64,000 nt of DNA, from the NCBI GenBank assembly GCA_038231275.1, contig JBBRLQ010000001.1, positions 320,001 through 384,000 of the forward strand, written 5' to 3'. The position numbers were made by a program, and so were the translations under genes. Of this stretch, positions 32,899 through 42,692 are shown piece by piece. Every line of letters starts with the position of its first letter. Positions within the stretch are counted from its first letter, which is position 1. The notes beneath the pieces were generated by a model, which was not told where the DNA came from, did no database searches, and worked only from the letters and a program-made list of their open reading frames with translations. This DNA comes from Polyangiales bacterium (GTDB taxonomy: Bacteria; Myxococcota_A; Polyangia; Polyangiales; Polyangiaceae).

Positions 32899-34062
32899 AT
32901 GGTTCGCGTCGCACGAAAGAGCTGGCCGGAGCCCTCCGCCACGGGCGCGCTCGTCCTGCGCCCGACGCAGCACCTCCTCGTGTATGCGCGGGCGCATTCG
33001 CTGACCGGGACGATGGCGTTCGACGACGGCGAGGGAGGCGGCGGCGTCGTGGTTCTCTCCCGAGGGCTCGTGCACAAGGTGGACGCGCCGCGCGCGGGCG
33101 TGTTCTTGGGAGCGCTCGCGTACGAGCTCGGCCTCGTCGACGCGCGCACCCTCGACGCAAGCCTCCAGGCGCTCTCGGAGGGCGGCGCGCGGAGGCACGG
33201 CGAGATCCTGCTGGCGGGCGGCGCGATCAGCTACCCGCAGCTCTCGGTCGCCCTCATGGAGCAGGCGCTGCGGAAGCTGACGTACCTCCACGGGCTGCCC
33301 GGTCGCGCGTTCTTCTCGTTCTACGACGGCTTCGACGCCCTGCCGACGTGGCCCGCCGATGGGCCGCGCACCGATCCGCTCCCCGCGGTGTGGCGCGGCT
33401 GCCGCGATTTCGTCGCGCCGGAAATTCTGCGCGACATCCTCGGTCGGCTCGGCGACGGCGCGTGGCGCCTCCCGAAGAAGGCGCCGCTCGTGGAGTTCGG
33501 CTTCGACGCCGAGACGCTCGCGATGGCCAGCGATCTGCGCGAGCCGATGACCGTCGAGGAGCTCTTGAACCAAGCGAGTGGCGCGCGCGGACTGGCCGAG
33601 CGCCTGCTCTACGTGCTCGCGATCACGAAGAACCTCGAGCTCGCCGACGAGGTCACGCCGCCGCCTCCGCCGGTGAAGGAGCGCGAGTCCCCCGACTCGG
33701 GCACGTACCAGCGGCTCATCTCGTTCGACCTGCGCACGCCGTTCATGGGAAAGCCCGGCACGGCGGCGCCTCCGCCCGAGCCACCCCTCCTGCCGCCGAC
33801 GCGCCACGAGATCCTCGAGCGCGTGCGGACGGTCGCGGCGGAGTCGCACTACGAGGTTCTGCGCGTCTCCGCGGCGGCGACCGACGAGGAGATCCGCGCG
33901 GCGCATTTCCGGCTGACGCGCGCGTGGAGGCCCGAGCGACTCCCGCCCGACCTGGCCGACGTCCGCGATCCATGCGGCGTCGTGCGTTCGCACATGGACG
34001 CGGCGCTCCGCACGCTAACCGATCCCGAGAAGCGCACCGAGTACGACGCGAAGCGCCGCTGA
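32899..34062 (+). CDS. DUF4388-like N-terminal domain + degenerate DnaJ (J) domain protein
   Basis: HYEVLRVS..EIRAAH..WRPE..LTDPEKRTEYD; the HPD motif is absent. Confidence 0.75.
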   Translation: MVRVARKSWPEPSATGALVLRPTQHLLVYARAHSLTGTMAFDDGEGGGGVVVLSRGLVHKVDAPRAGVFLGALAYELGLVDARTLDASLQALSEGGARRHGEILLAGGAISYPQLSVALMEQALRKLTYLHGLPGRAFFSFYDGFDALPTWPADGPRTDPLPAVWRGCRDFVAPEILRDILGRLGDGAWRLPKKAPLVEFGFDAETLAMASDLREPMTVEELLNQASGARGLAERLLYVLAITKNLELADEVTPPPPPVKERESPDSGTYQRLISFDLRTPFMGKPGTAAPPPEPPLLPPTRHEILERVRTVAAESHYEVLRVSAAATDEEIRAAHFRLTRAWRPERLPPDLADVRDPCGVVRSHMDAALRTLTDPEKRTEYDAKRR

Positions 34063-34066
34063 ACGC

Positions 34067-35950
34067 CTATTTCAGCGCGTCGACGAAGCGCCGGTCGCCT
34101 TCCGCGATCAACGCTACGCATCGCCGGATGTCGGTCGGGCGGCTCTGCTTGGGATCGAGCGCGGCGTCGTAGCAGAGCCAGCCGGTCTTCGCGGACCGGA
34201 CGGCGAGCAGCTCGGCGCGCATGACACCGTACTTCGGGTCGTCGGGCTCGCCCCACACGCCGCTCGCCGTGGACAGGATCGCCATCGGCTCGTTCGCCGC
34301 CTCGCCTTCGCCGGGCGCGCGGAGGAGCGAGCGACCGCCCATGCCCGCCGACGCCGGGAGGGTCGCGCGCGCGTCGAGGGCGCCGAGCACATCGAGGAGC
34401 GTCGCGTGGACGTCTTGCGAGTACGTGCGTCGCGACGCGTAGCCCGCGAGCGCGGCGCGCTGCGCGTCATCGAGCGCGCGCGGTCCGGCGAGGAGCCACC
34501 CCGGCACGCGCAGCTGCTCGTCGAAGAGGTTGGTGAGGTGGTAGAGGCCGCCGTGCTCGCGGAACTCTTCGCCGTGATCGGAGACGAAGAGGACCATCGT
34601 GTCGTCCCACCCGGACGTCGCGCGCAGGTCTTTGACGAAGCCGGCGACCGTGCGCTCCTGAAGAAGGACGCTATTTTTATAGTGATTTTGGAGATCGGAG
34701 ACGTACGCGAGCGGTGAGTCGGAGTGCGGCGCGTTCGGCTGCAGCGCCGGATCGACGCGGTACGGCCAGTGCGTGTTCGAGAGATGAAGCACAGCGAAAT
34801 ACGGCTGGCCGGCCGGCACGCGCCGCACGAAATCGAGCACGCGCGCGGTCGCGTTCTCGTCAGGCGCGCCGATGTGCGGATCCGAGGCATCCCCGAGGTC
34901 CGCGGCGCTCGCGATCTCGTCGATCCCCGCGCGTTCGAGGAACGCGCCGAAGTCGTCGTACCGGAGGTTCTGCGCGCCGATGTACGCGGTGCGGTACCCG
35001 GCGGCGCGCGCGATCTCCCATAGGACGGGCGCGCGGTGCATCGTACGGAAATCCGACTCGGGGCCCAAGCCCGTCCAATAGAGGACGCACGACGTGAAGG
35101 TGCCCGACGACTGCACCGTGAGCCGGCCGAGCGACACGCGATCGGGCGCGACGTCCTCGAGGAAGCGGCCCCTGCACGCGCGCGGATCGGAGCACATCGC
35201 GTCGGCGCGAACGCTCTCGGTGATCACGAAGACGATGTTCGGTCGATGCGCGGGGACCGGCAGGGTCGGGAGTGGCGCTGGCTCGCGGAGGGAGATGCCG
35301 CGGCGCGCCCAGCCCTTGCCGGTGACGCCGTCGTGCACCGCGTGCATCAGGCCGTGGATGAAGCACGTGTCGGGCGGCGCTGCTTGCAGCGATCGCGACT
35401 CGACGAAGTCGATCCAAAAACAGTACGACGCGCCGAGAAATGCAAGCGTCGGCACGAGCGGCCACGCGCTGCGAACGCCCGCGGCGCCACGTCGCGCGCA
35501 ATAGAGGATGACGGCGACGGCGGCGACGCCGATGAGCGCCATGAGGACGATCGACGCGCCCCACGACGCGAGCCACGCGCCGAGCGTTCCGCGGAGCGCG
35601 ATGCCGAGGCGCACCGTGTCGCGCGCCATGTACGCGTGAAACACCTGAAAATAGAGCGCCTGCCCGCCGTATGCGAAGAACGCGAGCGGCGCGACGAAGA
35701 GCGCGGTGAAGACCGCGAGACCCGCGCGGGCGGCGGCGCTGCGTGCTCCGAAGAAGCGCGACGCGAGCCACAGCGGGCCGGCCCAAAACCCCGCGCTCGC
35801 GAGCGACGAGCCGAAGTAGTTGAGCCACTCCTTCGCCGGAAAGACCGAGAGCGAGCGGCCGCGCAATAGGAGGTCCATCGCGATCGCGAGGCCGGTCGGC
35901 GCGAGGAAGTAGAGGACGGACCGCGGTCGCTCTCCGAGGAGCTTCGTCAT
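34067..35950 (-). CDS. Membrane-anchored alkaline-phosphatase-superfamily (sulfatase-like) transferase
   Basis: Several N-terminal TM helices; PNIVFVITESVR, GTFTS, THWPY, SDHGE, RVP. Confidence 0.8.
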   Translation of the reverse strand: MTKLLGERPRSVLYFLAPTGLAIAMDLLLRGRSLSVFPAKEWLNYFGSSLASAGFWAGPLWLASRFFGARSAAARAGLAVFTALFVAPLAFFAYGGQALYFQVFHAYMARDTVRLGIALRGTLGAWLASWGASIVLMALIGVAAVAVILYCARRGAAGVRSAWPLVPTLAFLGASYCFWIDFVESRSLQAAPPDTCFIHGLMHAVHDGVTGKGWARRGISLREPAPLPTLPVPAHRPNIVFVITESVRADAMCSDPRACRGRFLEDVAPDRVSLGRLTVQSSGTFTSCVLYWTGLGPESDFRTMHRAPVLWEIARAAGYRTAYIGAQNLRYDDFGAFLERAGIDEIASAADLGDASDPHIGAPDENATARVLDFVRRVPAGQPYFAVLHLSNTHWPYRVDPALQPNAPHSDSPLAYVSDLQNHYKNSVLLQERTVAGFVKDLRATSGWDDTMVLFVSDHGEEFREHGGLYHLTNLFDEQLRVPGWLLAGPRALDDAQRAALAGYASRRTYSQDVHATLLDVLGALDARATLPASAGMGGRSLLRAPGEGEAANEPMAILSTASGVWGEPDDPKYGVMRAELLAVRSAKTGWLCYDAALDPKQSRPTDIRRCVALIAEGDRRFVDALK

Positions 35951-36064
35951 CACGCGCGCACGCCAGCCGGCCATTGGCCGTGGACTCTACCGCAAACCGG
36001 CGAGCGGTCGGATCTCGGCGTCGAGTGGCCGGCGCAGCGGCACGCGAAGGCGCATGGATCATGG

Positions 36065-36949
36065 ATGAACGCAGGATGGATGCTGCGCCCCCCTTCGCCG
36101 CGCCTCGAGGAGGGCAACGCCTTGGTCGTCGCCGCGGTCGCGATCGTCGGGGGAGCGTTGGGGCTCGAGCTGGTGCTTCAAGTGGTCGGCGCGCCGACGT
36201 TCGGGTTGCTCGGCACGGGCGGCGAGCGGCTGTGGGTGGCGCTCGTCACGGCGGTGATGAGCGGCGGGCTCGCGGCGATCGCGACGCGCGCCACGACGCC
36301 AGGTGGTGCCATCGCGCTCTGCTTCCTCGCGTTGCCGGCCGGCCTGATGAACACCGTCGTGTGCTTGATGGGTGTATGGGCGATGAAGACCGGCATCTCG
36401 CTCGACGGCATGATCTTCTGCACGCTCTGCGGAGGCATGTACGGAATCATCCTCGGCGGCCCGCTCGGCGCATTGCTCGGCTTCGTGTACGCGTGGCCGA
36501 TCCTCGCGTTCGTGCGCGCGCGCCGCGACGGCTCGCTCGACGCGTCCGATCGCGTCCTCGTGTGGACGGGAGGCTTCGCGGTCGTGATGGGGACGGCGAC
36601 CGCTGGGCTCGCGTTCGCGAAGCGCGGCGTCGACGTGGCGGTGTGCTTTCACATCACGATCGCCGCGCTCGGCGCCGTCGCGCTCGCGATCGGTGGCGTG
36701 CGTCGTTTTCTTCGCGCGCGCTGGCTCCGCGCAGTACGGGCGGGTCGCGTCGCGGATTTCTGCGTCGTCCCGGGGCTCGACCCGCGCTGGGACACCGACG
36801 GCGCACTTCCGTTCGCCGGCGAGCCTCTCTTCGCGTGCGACGCGCTCCTCGTGCGCGCATCCGACATCGTCATCGCGACGGCCTACCGCGACCGGGTCAC
36901 GCCCCCCGCGCTGGCGCTCGTGAGATCGGACGAGCGAGATCAGTCCTGA
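36065..36949 (+). CDS. Hypothetical multi-pass membrane protein
   Basis: About six Gly-rich hydrophobic helices; coding-like codon bias. Confidence 0.7.
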   Translation: MNAGWMLRPPSPRLEEGNALVVAAVAIVGGALGLELVLQVVGAPTFGLLGTGGERLWVALVTAVMSGGLAAIATRATTPGGAIALCFLALPAGLMNTVVCLMGVWAMKTGISLDGMIFCTLCGGMYGIILGGPLGALLGFVYAWPILAFVRARRDGSLDASDRVLVWTGGFAVVMGTATAGLAFAKRGVDVAVCFHITIAALGAVALAIGGVRRFLRARWLRAVRAGRVADFCVVPGLDPRWDTDGALPFAGEPLFACDALLVRASDIVIATAYRDRVTPPALALVRSDERDQS

Positions 36950-37620
36950 GGAGGCTTCCACGTCGCGGCGAACCGAAAGCGATCGAGGGGAACGCCTTCG
37001 AGCGCGCCTCCCTGCTCCGGCGACGCGAACTCGAGCCGCGCATCCCGCGCCCCCGCGAGCTCCAGCGCCGCCTCGACGAAGCCCACCGTCGAGCTCGTAT
37101 AAATCCCGTTCATGTGCGACGGGATGATCGAGAGCTCGACCTCGAGGAGCCCGGTCGACACGTGCAGCGAACGCGCGCGTGAAGGCTCGAAGAAGCGATT
37201 GAACGCGTAGTGGACGCGCTCCGCCATCGCCTCGGGCGATCGCGTCTTCAGCACAGGCTTCCAAAGCCCCTGCACGACCGAGCTTGCCGACCAGCGCGAC
37301 CGCGCCTCGATGAAGCGTCCCGTCGAGACCCCCTTCAGCCGAGCCGCGGTGCAATAGAGGAGGACGAGCGGCGCGACGTCGTAGTCTCCCGCCGCGACGA
37401 AGATCTGATCGTAATAGGGCGCGACGTCGGGCCGCCCGAGCGCGCGCAAGAACGCCGCCCGACCGCCCGCGAGACGCTGGTCGATGTAGTCAAGGGCGGT
37501 CCGGAACGCGTGCCCGCGCACGCGAAAGGGGCCGGCGCCAGGCGCAAATTCGCGCGGCCCGACGGGATCGTAACGCCACGGATCGGCGGTGAGCGATGGG
37601 CGAATGGAGGGGTTCAGCAA
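36940..37620 (-). CDS. Hypothetical protein, resembles myxobacterial DUF2378/V4R-like proteins (start uncertain)
   Basis: VRG..F start and GFVEAALELAGA..RFAATW end pattern; family assignment is weak. Confidence 0.55.
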   Translation of the reverse strand: MLNPSIRPSLTADPWRYDPVGPREFAPGAGPFRVRGHAFRTALDYIDQRLAGGRAAFLRALGRPDVAPYYDQIFVAAGDYDVAPLVLLYCTAARLKGVSTGRFIEARSRWSASSVVQGLWKPVLKTRSPEAMAERVHYAFNRFFEPSRARSLHVSTGLLEVELSIIPSHMNGIYTSSTVGFVEAALELAGARDARLEFASPEQGGALEGVPLDRFRFAATWKPPQD

Positions 37621-37812
37621 AGGATCCTGCGACCCCGAGAACGGCAGTGAGGGGTGCGAACTTGAGCCGACGGGTCAGGAGCAGTTGCTAGGGGCAGATC
37701 TGGTGGACGGTGACGTCGCCACACAGTCTACACGTGCCCAGCGAGCGCTGCAGGAGGAGAACCGGGGGATCACGTGAACGCCGAGAGCGGACTCAACCGG
37801 CGAAAATCTTTG

Positions 37813-37901
37813 CGGAGAGGGCGGGATTCGAACCCGCGGTCAGGTTTTATCCCGACGCCCGCTTAGCAAGCGGGTACCTTCGGCCACTCGGTCACCTCTC
37901 C
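37813..37901 (-). tRNA. tRNA-Ser (GCT), CCA not encoded
   Basis: GGAGAGG acceptor; CCCGC-TTGCTAA-GCGGG anticodon arm; long variable arm; GGTTCGAATCC. Confidence 0.97.
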
Positions 37902-37926
37902 AAGGTCGTCGTAGCGGACGCGCGGC

Positions 37927-37954
37927 AAAGTACACGAAAGCGCAGCGCCTTCAA
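37927..37954 (-). promoter_or_regulatory. Putative promoter of tRNA-Ser(GCT)
   Basis: Minus strand TTGAAG-N16-TACTTT followed by a GC-rich discriminator. Confidence 0.45.
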
Positions 37955-38049
37955 GCGGCGACGGCATCTTTGGGGAATTTCTGCGTTTTTTCGTGGGTGG
38001 CAGCGGGCTCAAGGGTCCGGCCACCGAGCCGTTCTGCCCGGTGACAACC

Positions 38050-39192
38050 ATGTTTTGGAACCGCACCAAGGCCGACGAGCCCAAGTCCTCCCCTCCGCTC
38101 GCGTCCCTTTCCGCCGCGGGTCCTGTGTCGCTCGACCGACCCGTCGACGCTGACAAGGCGCTCGACGCCGTGGGAGCGCTTCTCCGGGCGATGGGAAAAT
38201 CCGCGTTCGACACCGACGAGTCGCTCGCGATCGCGATCGCGCACCGCTTCGAGCGCTGGGCGCAGCACGTCACGATCGGCGGACGGCACCCTGACGACAT
38301 CGCCGAGTCGGCGCCGAGGCGCGGGCGCGACGTGGCCGGGATGATCCGTGACTTCACCGAGCATCGGAAGCTCGAGCAGCGCTTCGTGCACGAGTCGGTC
38401 GGCGAGCTGCGCGTGCTCGTCTGGAGCTTCGTCCGCAGCGTGCACAAGGGCCTCGCGTCCGAGAGCGCCGACGCGGAGCGAACGAAAGAGCAGATGTCGC
38501 GCCTGCACGCCGCCGCACTGGGCGTCTCGATGGACGAGCTGAAGCGCGAGGCCCTGAACGCGGTGACGACGCTCGACACGATCCTCTCCGAGCGCTCGAA
38601 GCGTCAGGCGGCGCAGGTGACCGAGCTCGGCGAGCGTCTGCGCACGCTGGGGCGGCAGCTCGAGGAAGCGCGGCGCGACAACGATCTCGACGGCCTCACC
38701 AAGGTCGGGAGCCGGCGCGCGTTCGACGAGCGCCTCGAGCGCGTTGCCGAGCTGTCATCGCTCGCGGGGACGGATGCGTGCCTCGTCTTCGTGGACGTCG
38801 ATCACTTCAAATCCGTGAACGACAAGCTCGGGCACGCCGTCGGCGACGCGGTGCTGGCGCGGGTCGCCGACGCGATCTCGCGTGCGTTCTTGCGGAAGAC
38901 GGATTTCGTCGCGCGCTACGGCGGCGACGAGTTCGGCGTCCTCGTGCAGGATCTGGGCGTCGACGGCACGCGGAAGCTGTGCGCGCGCCTCCTCGAACGC
39001 GTGCGCGAGCTCTCGTTCGACGACGTCGCGCCGGGACTCAAGGTGACGTCGTCGATCGGCGTCGCAGAGCTCGCACGCGGCGAGTCGCACGGCGAGTGGC
39101 TTCGCCGCGCCGATCAGGCCTTGTACGCCGCGAAATCGGCGGGGCGCGACCGCACCGTCGAGGCGGACGTCGAGGCGAAGGCCGCCGAGTAG
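38050..39192 (+). CDS. Diguanylate cyclase (coiled coil + GGDEF)
   Basis: DGLT, DVDHFKSVND..GH..GD, RKTD I-site, RYGGDEF, AD.ALY.AK..GR. Confidence 0.95.
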   Translation: MFWNRTKADEPKSSPPLASLSAAGPVSLDRPVDADKALDAVGALLRAMGKSAFDTDESLAIAIAHRFERWAQHVTIGGRHPDDIAESAPRRGRDVAGMIRDFTEHRKLEQRFVHESVGELRVLVWSFVRSVHKGLASESADAERTKEQMSRLHAAALGVSMDELKREALNAVTTLDTILSERSKRQAAQVTELGERLRTLGRQLEEARRDNDLDGLTKVGSRRAFDERLERVAELSSLAGTDACLVFVDVDHFKSVNDKLGHAVGDAVLARVADAISRAFLRKTDFVARYGGDEFGVLVQDLGVDGTRKLCARLLERVRELSFDDVAPGLKVTSSIGVAELARGESHGEWLRRADQALYAAKSAGRDRTVEADVEAKAAE

Positions 39193-39199
39193 TCCGCTT

Positions 39200-39559
39200 T
39201 CACGCGACGCTGCGCTCGACCTGATCGAGCGCGCGACGCAAAAGGAGCACTGGCGCCGTGCGGGCGCCGCGCGCGAGGACCCGCCGGCCGAGCGCGCGAT
39301 CGGGAGTGACCACGGTGTACTTGCGAGACGCGCCGTCGAGCTCGACCATGCGGAGGATCTCGTCGTGTGCGCGGCCAGAACCGCCCGCGTAAAGCACTTT
39401 CACCCCACTTCTCAGCGCGCCGTGGGGCAGGTCGAGCTGACCGGCCCCTTCGAACACGACGATGGAGGGTGTGCCATACGCGCGCGCGAGCCGGCCGAGG
39501 CCGTCGATGAGGCGGTGGCGTGCAGAACCTGTGACTTCGTTGCCGTCGATGAGGAACAT
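39200..39559 (-). CDS. Small NYN/PIN (YacP-like) domain protein
   Basis: LIDGNEV, VVFEG, AHDEI, VVTPDRAL. Confidence 0.7.
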   Translation of the reverse strand: MFLIDGNEVTGSARHRLIDGLGRLARAYGTPSIVVFEGAGQLDLPHGALRSGVKVLYAGGSGRAHDEILRMVELDGASRKYTVVTPDRALGRRVLARGARTAPVLLLRRALDQVERSVA

Positions 39560-39697
39560 GACGGATTCCAAAGCAAGCGCTCGGCCAACCGTCGTCGCGG
39601 CGAATATCACGCCGTTCGTCATGCGCGTCGAGTGTCCCGGACGATCGGAGGCCGTCCCCGGACACACGTCCCACCGAACGCGCTCACCCGAACGCGC

Positions 39698-40504
39698 TCA
39701 CCCGAACTGTACCGACCGTTTCGTGAACGATCCGTACGTGAACCCTTCGATCGGGAAGCGCGCGGCCTCGGCGCGACCGATCGACGCGCCGAGCGCGATC
39801 ATCACCGGCACGAAATGCTCGTGCGTGGGCAGCGCCATCCGAACGCCGGGCCCACGCTCGCGGTACTGAACGAGCGCGTCCACGTCGCGCTTCGCGAGGC
39901 TCTCCGCACAGAACGCGTCGAACTCGCTCGCCCACGCCGGCACCGGCGCGCCCGGCTCCCACGAGATCGCCCGCATGTTGTGCGTGAGAAAGCCGCTGCC
40001 GATGATCAGGATCCCCTCGTCGCGCAGCGGCGCCAGCGCCTTGCCGAGCGCGACGAGCTTGGCCGGATCCATCGTCGGGATCGAGATCTGCAGCACCGGC
40101 ACGTCCGCCTCCGGGTACATCGGCAGGAGCGGCACGTACGCGCCGTGGTCGAGCCCGCGCGTCTCGTCGTCCTTCACCGGGTGCGTCGCCGCGAGCAGCT
40201 CGTGCACGCGTTTCTTCAGCTCCGGCGCGCCTGGGGCCGCGTATTTCACGTCGTAATACTTCTGCGGGAATCCGTAGAAATCGTAGACGAGCGGCAGCGT
40301 GCGCGACGCGCCGAGCGTCACGGGCGCGGCCTCCCAGTGCGCCGAAATCATCAAAATTCCCTTTGGCCGCGGCATCGCCTTCGCCCACGCCGCGAGCTCC
40401 GCAAGCCACGCGTGGTCATCGAGCGTCAGGGGCGAGCCGTGGGCGAGAAACACGGCGGGCATCGCGGCGCCTGTGTCTGCGGTATGGGCGGCTCCGTCGG
40501 TCAT
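39698..40504 (-). CDS. Class III extradiol dioxygenase (4,5-DOPA dioxygenase/YgiD-like)
   Basis: FLAHGSP, SAHW, YDFYGFP, GLDHG, GSG.LTHN, PTHEHF. Confidence 0.92.
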   Translation of the reverse strand: MTDGAAHTADTGAAMPAVFLAHGSPLTLDDHAWLAELAAWAKAMPRPKGILMISAHWEAAPVTLGASRTLPLVYDFYGFPQKYYDVKYAAPGAPELKKRVHELLAATHPVKDDETRGLDHGAYVPLLPMYPEADVPVLQISIPTMDPAKLVALGKALAPLRDEGILIIGSGFLTHNMRAISWEPGAPVPAWASEFDAFCAESLAKRDVDALVQYRERGPGVRMALPTHEHFVPVMIALGASIGRAEAARFPIEGFTYGSFTKRSVQFG

Positions 40505-40595
40505 CGAAGGAGGTTAAGACGTCCGCCGTCGCCCCACAATTGCGCGGGCGAGAACAGTGAGCTCCCGGCGCGGTCTGCCTCGGTGCGGGCGCGAA

Positions 40596-41522
40596 TCAGA
40601 AGGCGTTCGACGGGAGGCGGAAGATGAGAAAGGTCCGCGTCGTGTCGCCAGGTCCTACGTAATGGAACGCGTCGCCGCCGTTCGGCGTGTACCACATCCA
40701 TCGCGCAGCCGCGGGGACGCCCTCTTTCCCGTTGTCGCTCTGGCAGGCGATTTGGAACGCGCCGGTGTTGTCGCTGTTGTCCTCGCCGACGGCGAGGGTG
40801 CCGACCGCGCCAGGCGTGACCGCGCCGGTGACATCGACCCATCCGCCGCTCGTCGTGCTCTTGTCGCCAGTGCCCGCGTTGCAGGCCGCGATTTGCTGCG
40901 CGACGGTGGCTTGCACGGGACCGGGCGCGGGTGCGATGTACTCGACGCCGGTGGCGCACGCCTGCCATCGGGAATCGCCGGTGAGGACGACGGAGCCGCT
41001 CGCCGCCTTCAGCTGGCCGATCACGCCTTGCGTCGTGGCGTGATCGGCCCACGCGACGATGTAGAAGTACGCGTGGGCGGGCGCGTCCTTGCCGGGGACC
41101 GCGAACGACTCGGGGCCGACGCCGAGGGGGCAGCTGAAGATTTCGCTCGCGAGCGTGGCCGGCGCGACGGGCGTGTACGTGGTGACGCCGTTCACGTCGC
41201 CCCAGCCGAAGCCGTACGCATTGTCGGCCGTGAGCACCGCGGTGATGTCGGGCGCGGGTCCCCATGGGCTCCCGTCGCTGCCCGCGTCGGTCGGCGCGGC
41301 GTCGGGGCGCGCGGCGTCGCTCGTTGGTCCTGCGTCGCGCGCCGCGTCGACTTCGGCGTCGCCATCCAGCGAGGGCGGCGGCCTCCCTCCGTCGCTCGGG
41401 ATCCCTCCTGCGTCGTCGATCGGCGCCGCACCAGGCGACGCCCCGTCATCGGCGGCGGGGGCATACGCGCAGGCCGCCGCGAGGAGCACGGTCGAAGCAA
41501 AGATCGAAAGACGCGCGCGCAC
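40596..41522 (-). CDS. Hypothetical lipoprotein with DAG-rich linker and beta-rich C-terminal domain
   Basis: GGAGG RBS; lipobox AAAC; TADNAY, ARWMWY. Confidence 0.75.
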   Translation of the reverse strand: MRARLSIFASTVLLAAACAYAPAADDGASPGAAPIDDAGGIPSDGGRPPPSLDGDAEVDAARDAGPTSDAARPDAAPTDAGSDGSPWGPAPDITAVLTADNAYGFGWGDVNGVTTYTPVAPATLASEIFSCPLGVGPESFAVPGKDAPAHAYFYIVAWADHATTQGVIGQLKAASGSVVLTGDSRWQACATGVEYIAPAPGPVQATVAQQIAACNAGTGDKSTTSGGWVDVTGAVTPGAVGTLAVGEDNSDNTGAFQIACQSDNGKEGVPAAARWMWYTPNGGDAFHYVGPGDTTRTFLIFRLPSNAF

Positions 41523-41536
41523 GATGCCTCCAGCTG

Positions 41537-41622
41537 TTTACGACGTAAATGCGGTCGGTACCGTGGCCGAGAATACGTGCCGGTCAAGGCTGGCATGCCT
41601 CGGCCGTCGGCTTACGTCGTAA
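41537..41622. promoter_or_regulatory. Pair of palindromic operator-like sites TTACG(A/T)CGTAA
   Basis: TTTACGACGTAAA at 41537-41549 and TTACGTCGTAA at 41612-41622. Confidence 0.55.
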
Positions 41623-41655
41623 AGTATCGGTGCGAGGCAGGAGGGCCGTGTGGGC

Positions 41656-41994
41656 TCAGGAGGGCGCGAGGCGGATCGCCTTCTCGGGGCACGCGACGAC
41701 GCACAGGCCACACGAGCGGCACGCGTCGGCGTTCGGAGTGTAGGCCGTCTTCTTTCCGTGGACGCGCAGCTTGAGCCGGACGAGCAGGCCGAGCGCGCGG
41801 TACTCGGCCTCGTCGATCGTCCGGACCTCGAAGACGTCGTATGGACACACCTGCACGCAGTCGCTCTTTCCCTCGCAGCGCGCGCGATCGACGACGGGGC
41901 GCGACGCGCCGGGCGACGCTTTGCACTCTTCGCCGGGCCGGTCGGGGTGCGCGGCGGCGCGCTTCGCCTTCTCGGGATCGCGAGACGTCGGCAT
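41656..41994 (-). CDS. Dicluster ferredoxin
   Basis: CEGKSDCVQVCP and CRSCGLCVVACP. Confidence 0.9.
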   Translation of the reverse strand: MPTSRDPEKAKRAAAHPDRPGEECKASPGASRPVVDRARCEGKSDCVQVCPYDVFEVRTIDEAEYRALGLLVRLKLRVHGKKTAYTPNADACRSCGLCVVACPEKAIRLAPS

Positions 41995-42068
41995 GGCGGG
42001 TAGATCTACCACGGGCCGTGTACGCTGCCGCTCGCGAGGGGCGTAAAGGAGCGTAAAGGAGCGACGCG

Positions 42069-42692
42069 ATGAAGGTGATCCTCTTCGGAGCGACCGGCAT
42101 GGTCGGACAGGGCGTGCTGCGCGAGTGCCTTCTCGACGCGGAGGTTTCTCAGGTCCTCGCGGTCGGGCGCGCCGCGACGGGGCAGACGCACGACAAGCTC
42201 CGCGACGTCGTGCTCGCCGATCCCGGAGACCTCGCATCGATCGCGTCGGACCTCGCCAGCGTCGATGCGTGCTTCTTCTGCCTCGGCGTGTCGGCGGCAG
42301 GCATGAGCGAAGCGGACTACCGGCGCGTGACGTTCGATCTCACCCTGAAGGTGGCGCGCCAGCTCCTCAAGGCAAACCCCAATGCGACGTTCATCTACGT
42401 CTCCGGCGCAGGAACCGACTCGACCGCGCGCGGAGGGACGATGTGGGCGCGCGTGAAGGGCGAGACCGAGAACGCGCTCCTCGCGATGCCGTTCGCGGCG
42501 GCGTACATGTTCCGGCCTGCGATGATCCAGCCGCTGCACGGCATCCGATCGCGCACGGCGCTCTACCGCGTCGTGTACACGATCCTGTGGCCGATCTTGC
42601 CGCTGGCGAAATCGCTCGTCCCCGGCTTCGTCACGACCACCGAGCTCGTCGGGCGCGCCATGCTCGCGGTCGGCAAGCGCGGCGCGCCGTAG
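42069..42692 (+). CDS. NAD(P)-binding Rossmann epimerase-like protein; possibly truncated by a premature TAG (frame continues to 42737)
   Basis: GATGMVG, CFFCLG, YVSGAG, ARVKGETEN, FRP. Confidence 0.88.
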   Translation: MKVILFGATGMVGQGVLRECLLDAEVSQVLAVGRAATGQTHDKLRDVVLADPGDLASIASDLASVDACFFCLGVSAAGMSEADYRRVTFDLTLKVARQLLKANPNATFIYVSGAGTDSTARGGTMWARVKGETENALLAMPFAAAYMFRPAMIQPLHGIRSRTALYRVVYTILWPILPLAKSLVPGFVTTTELVGRAMLAVGKRGAP

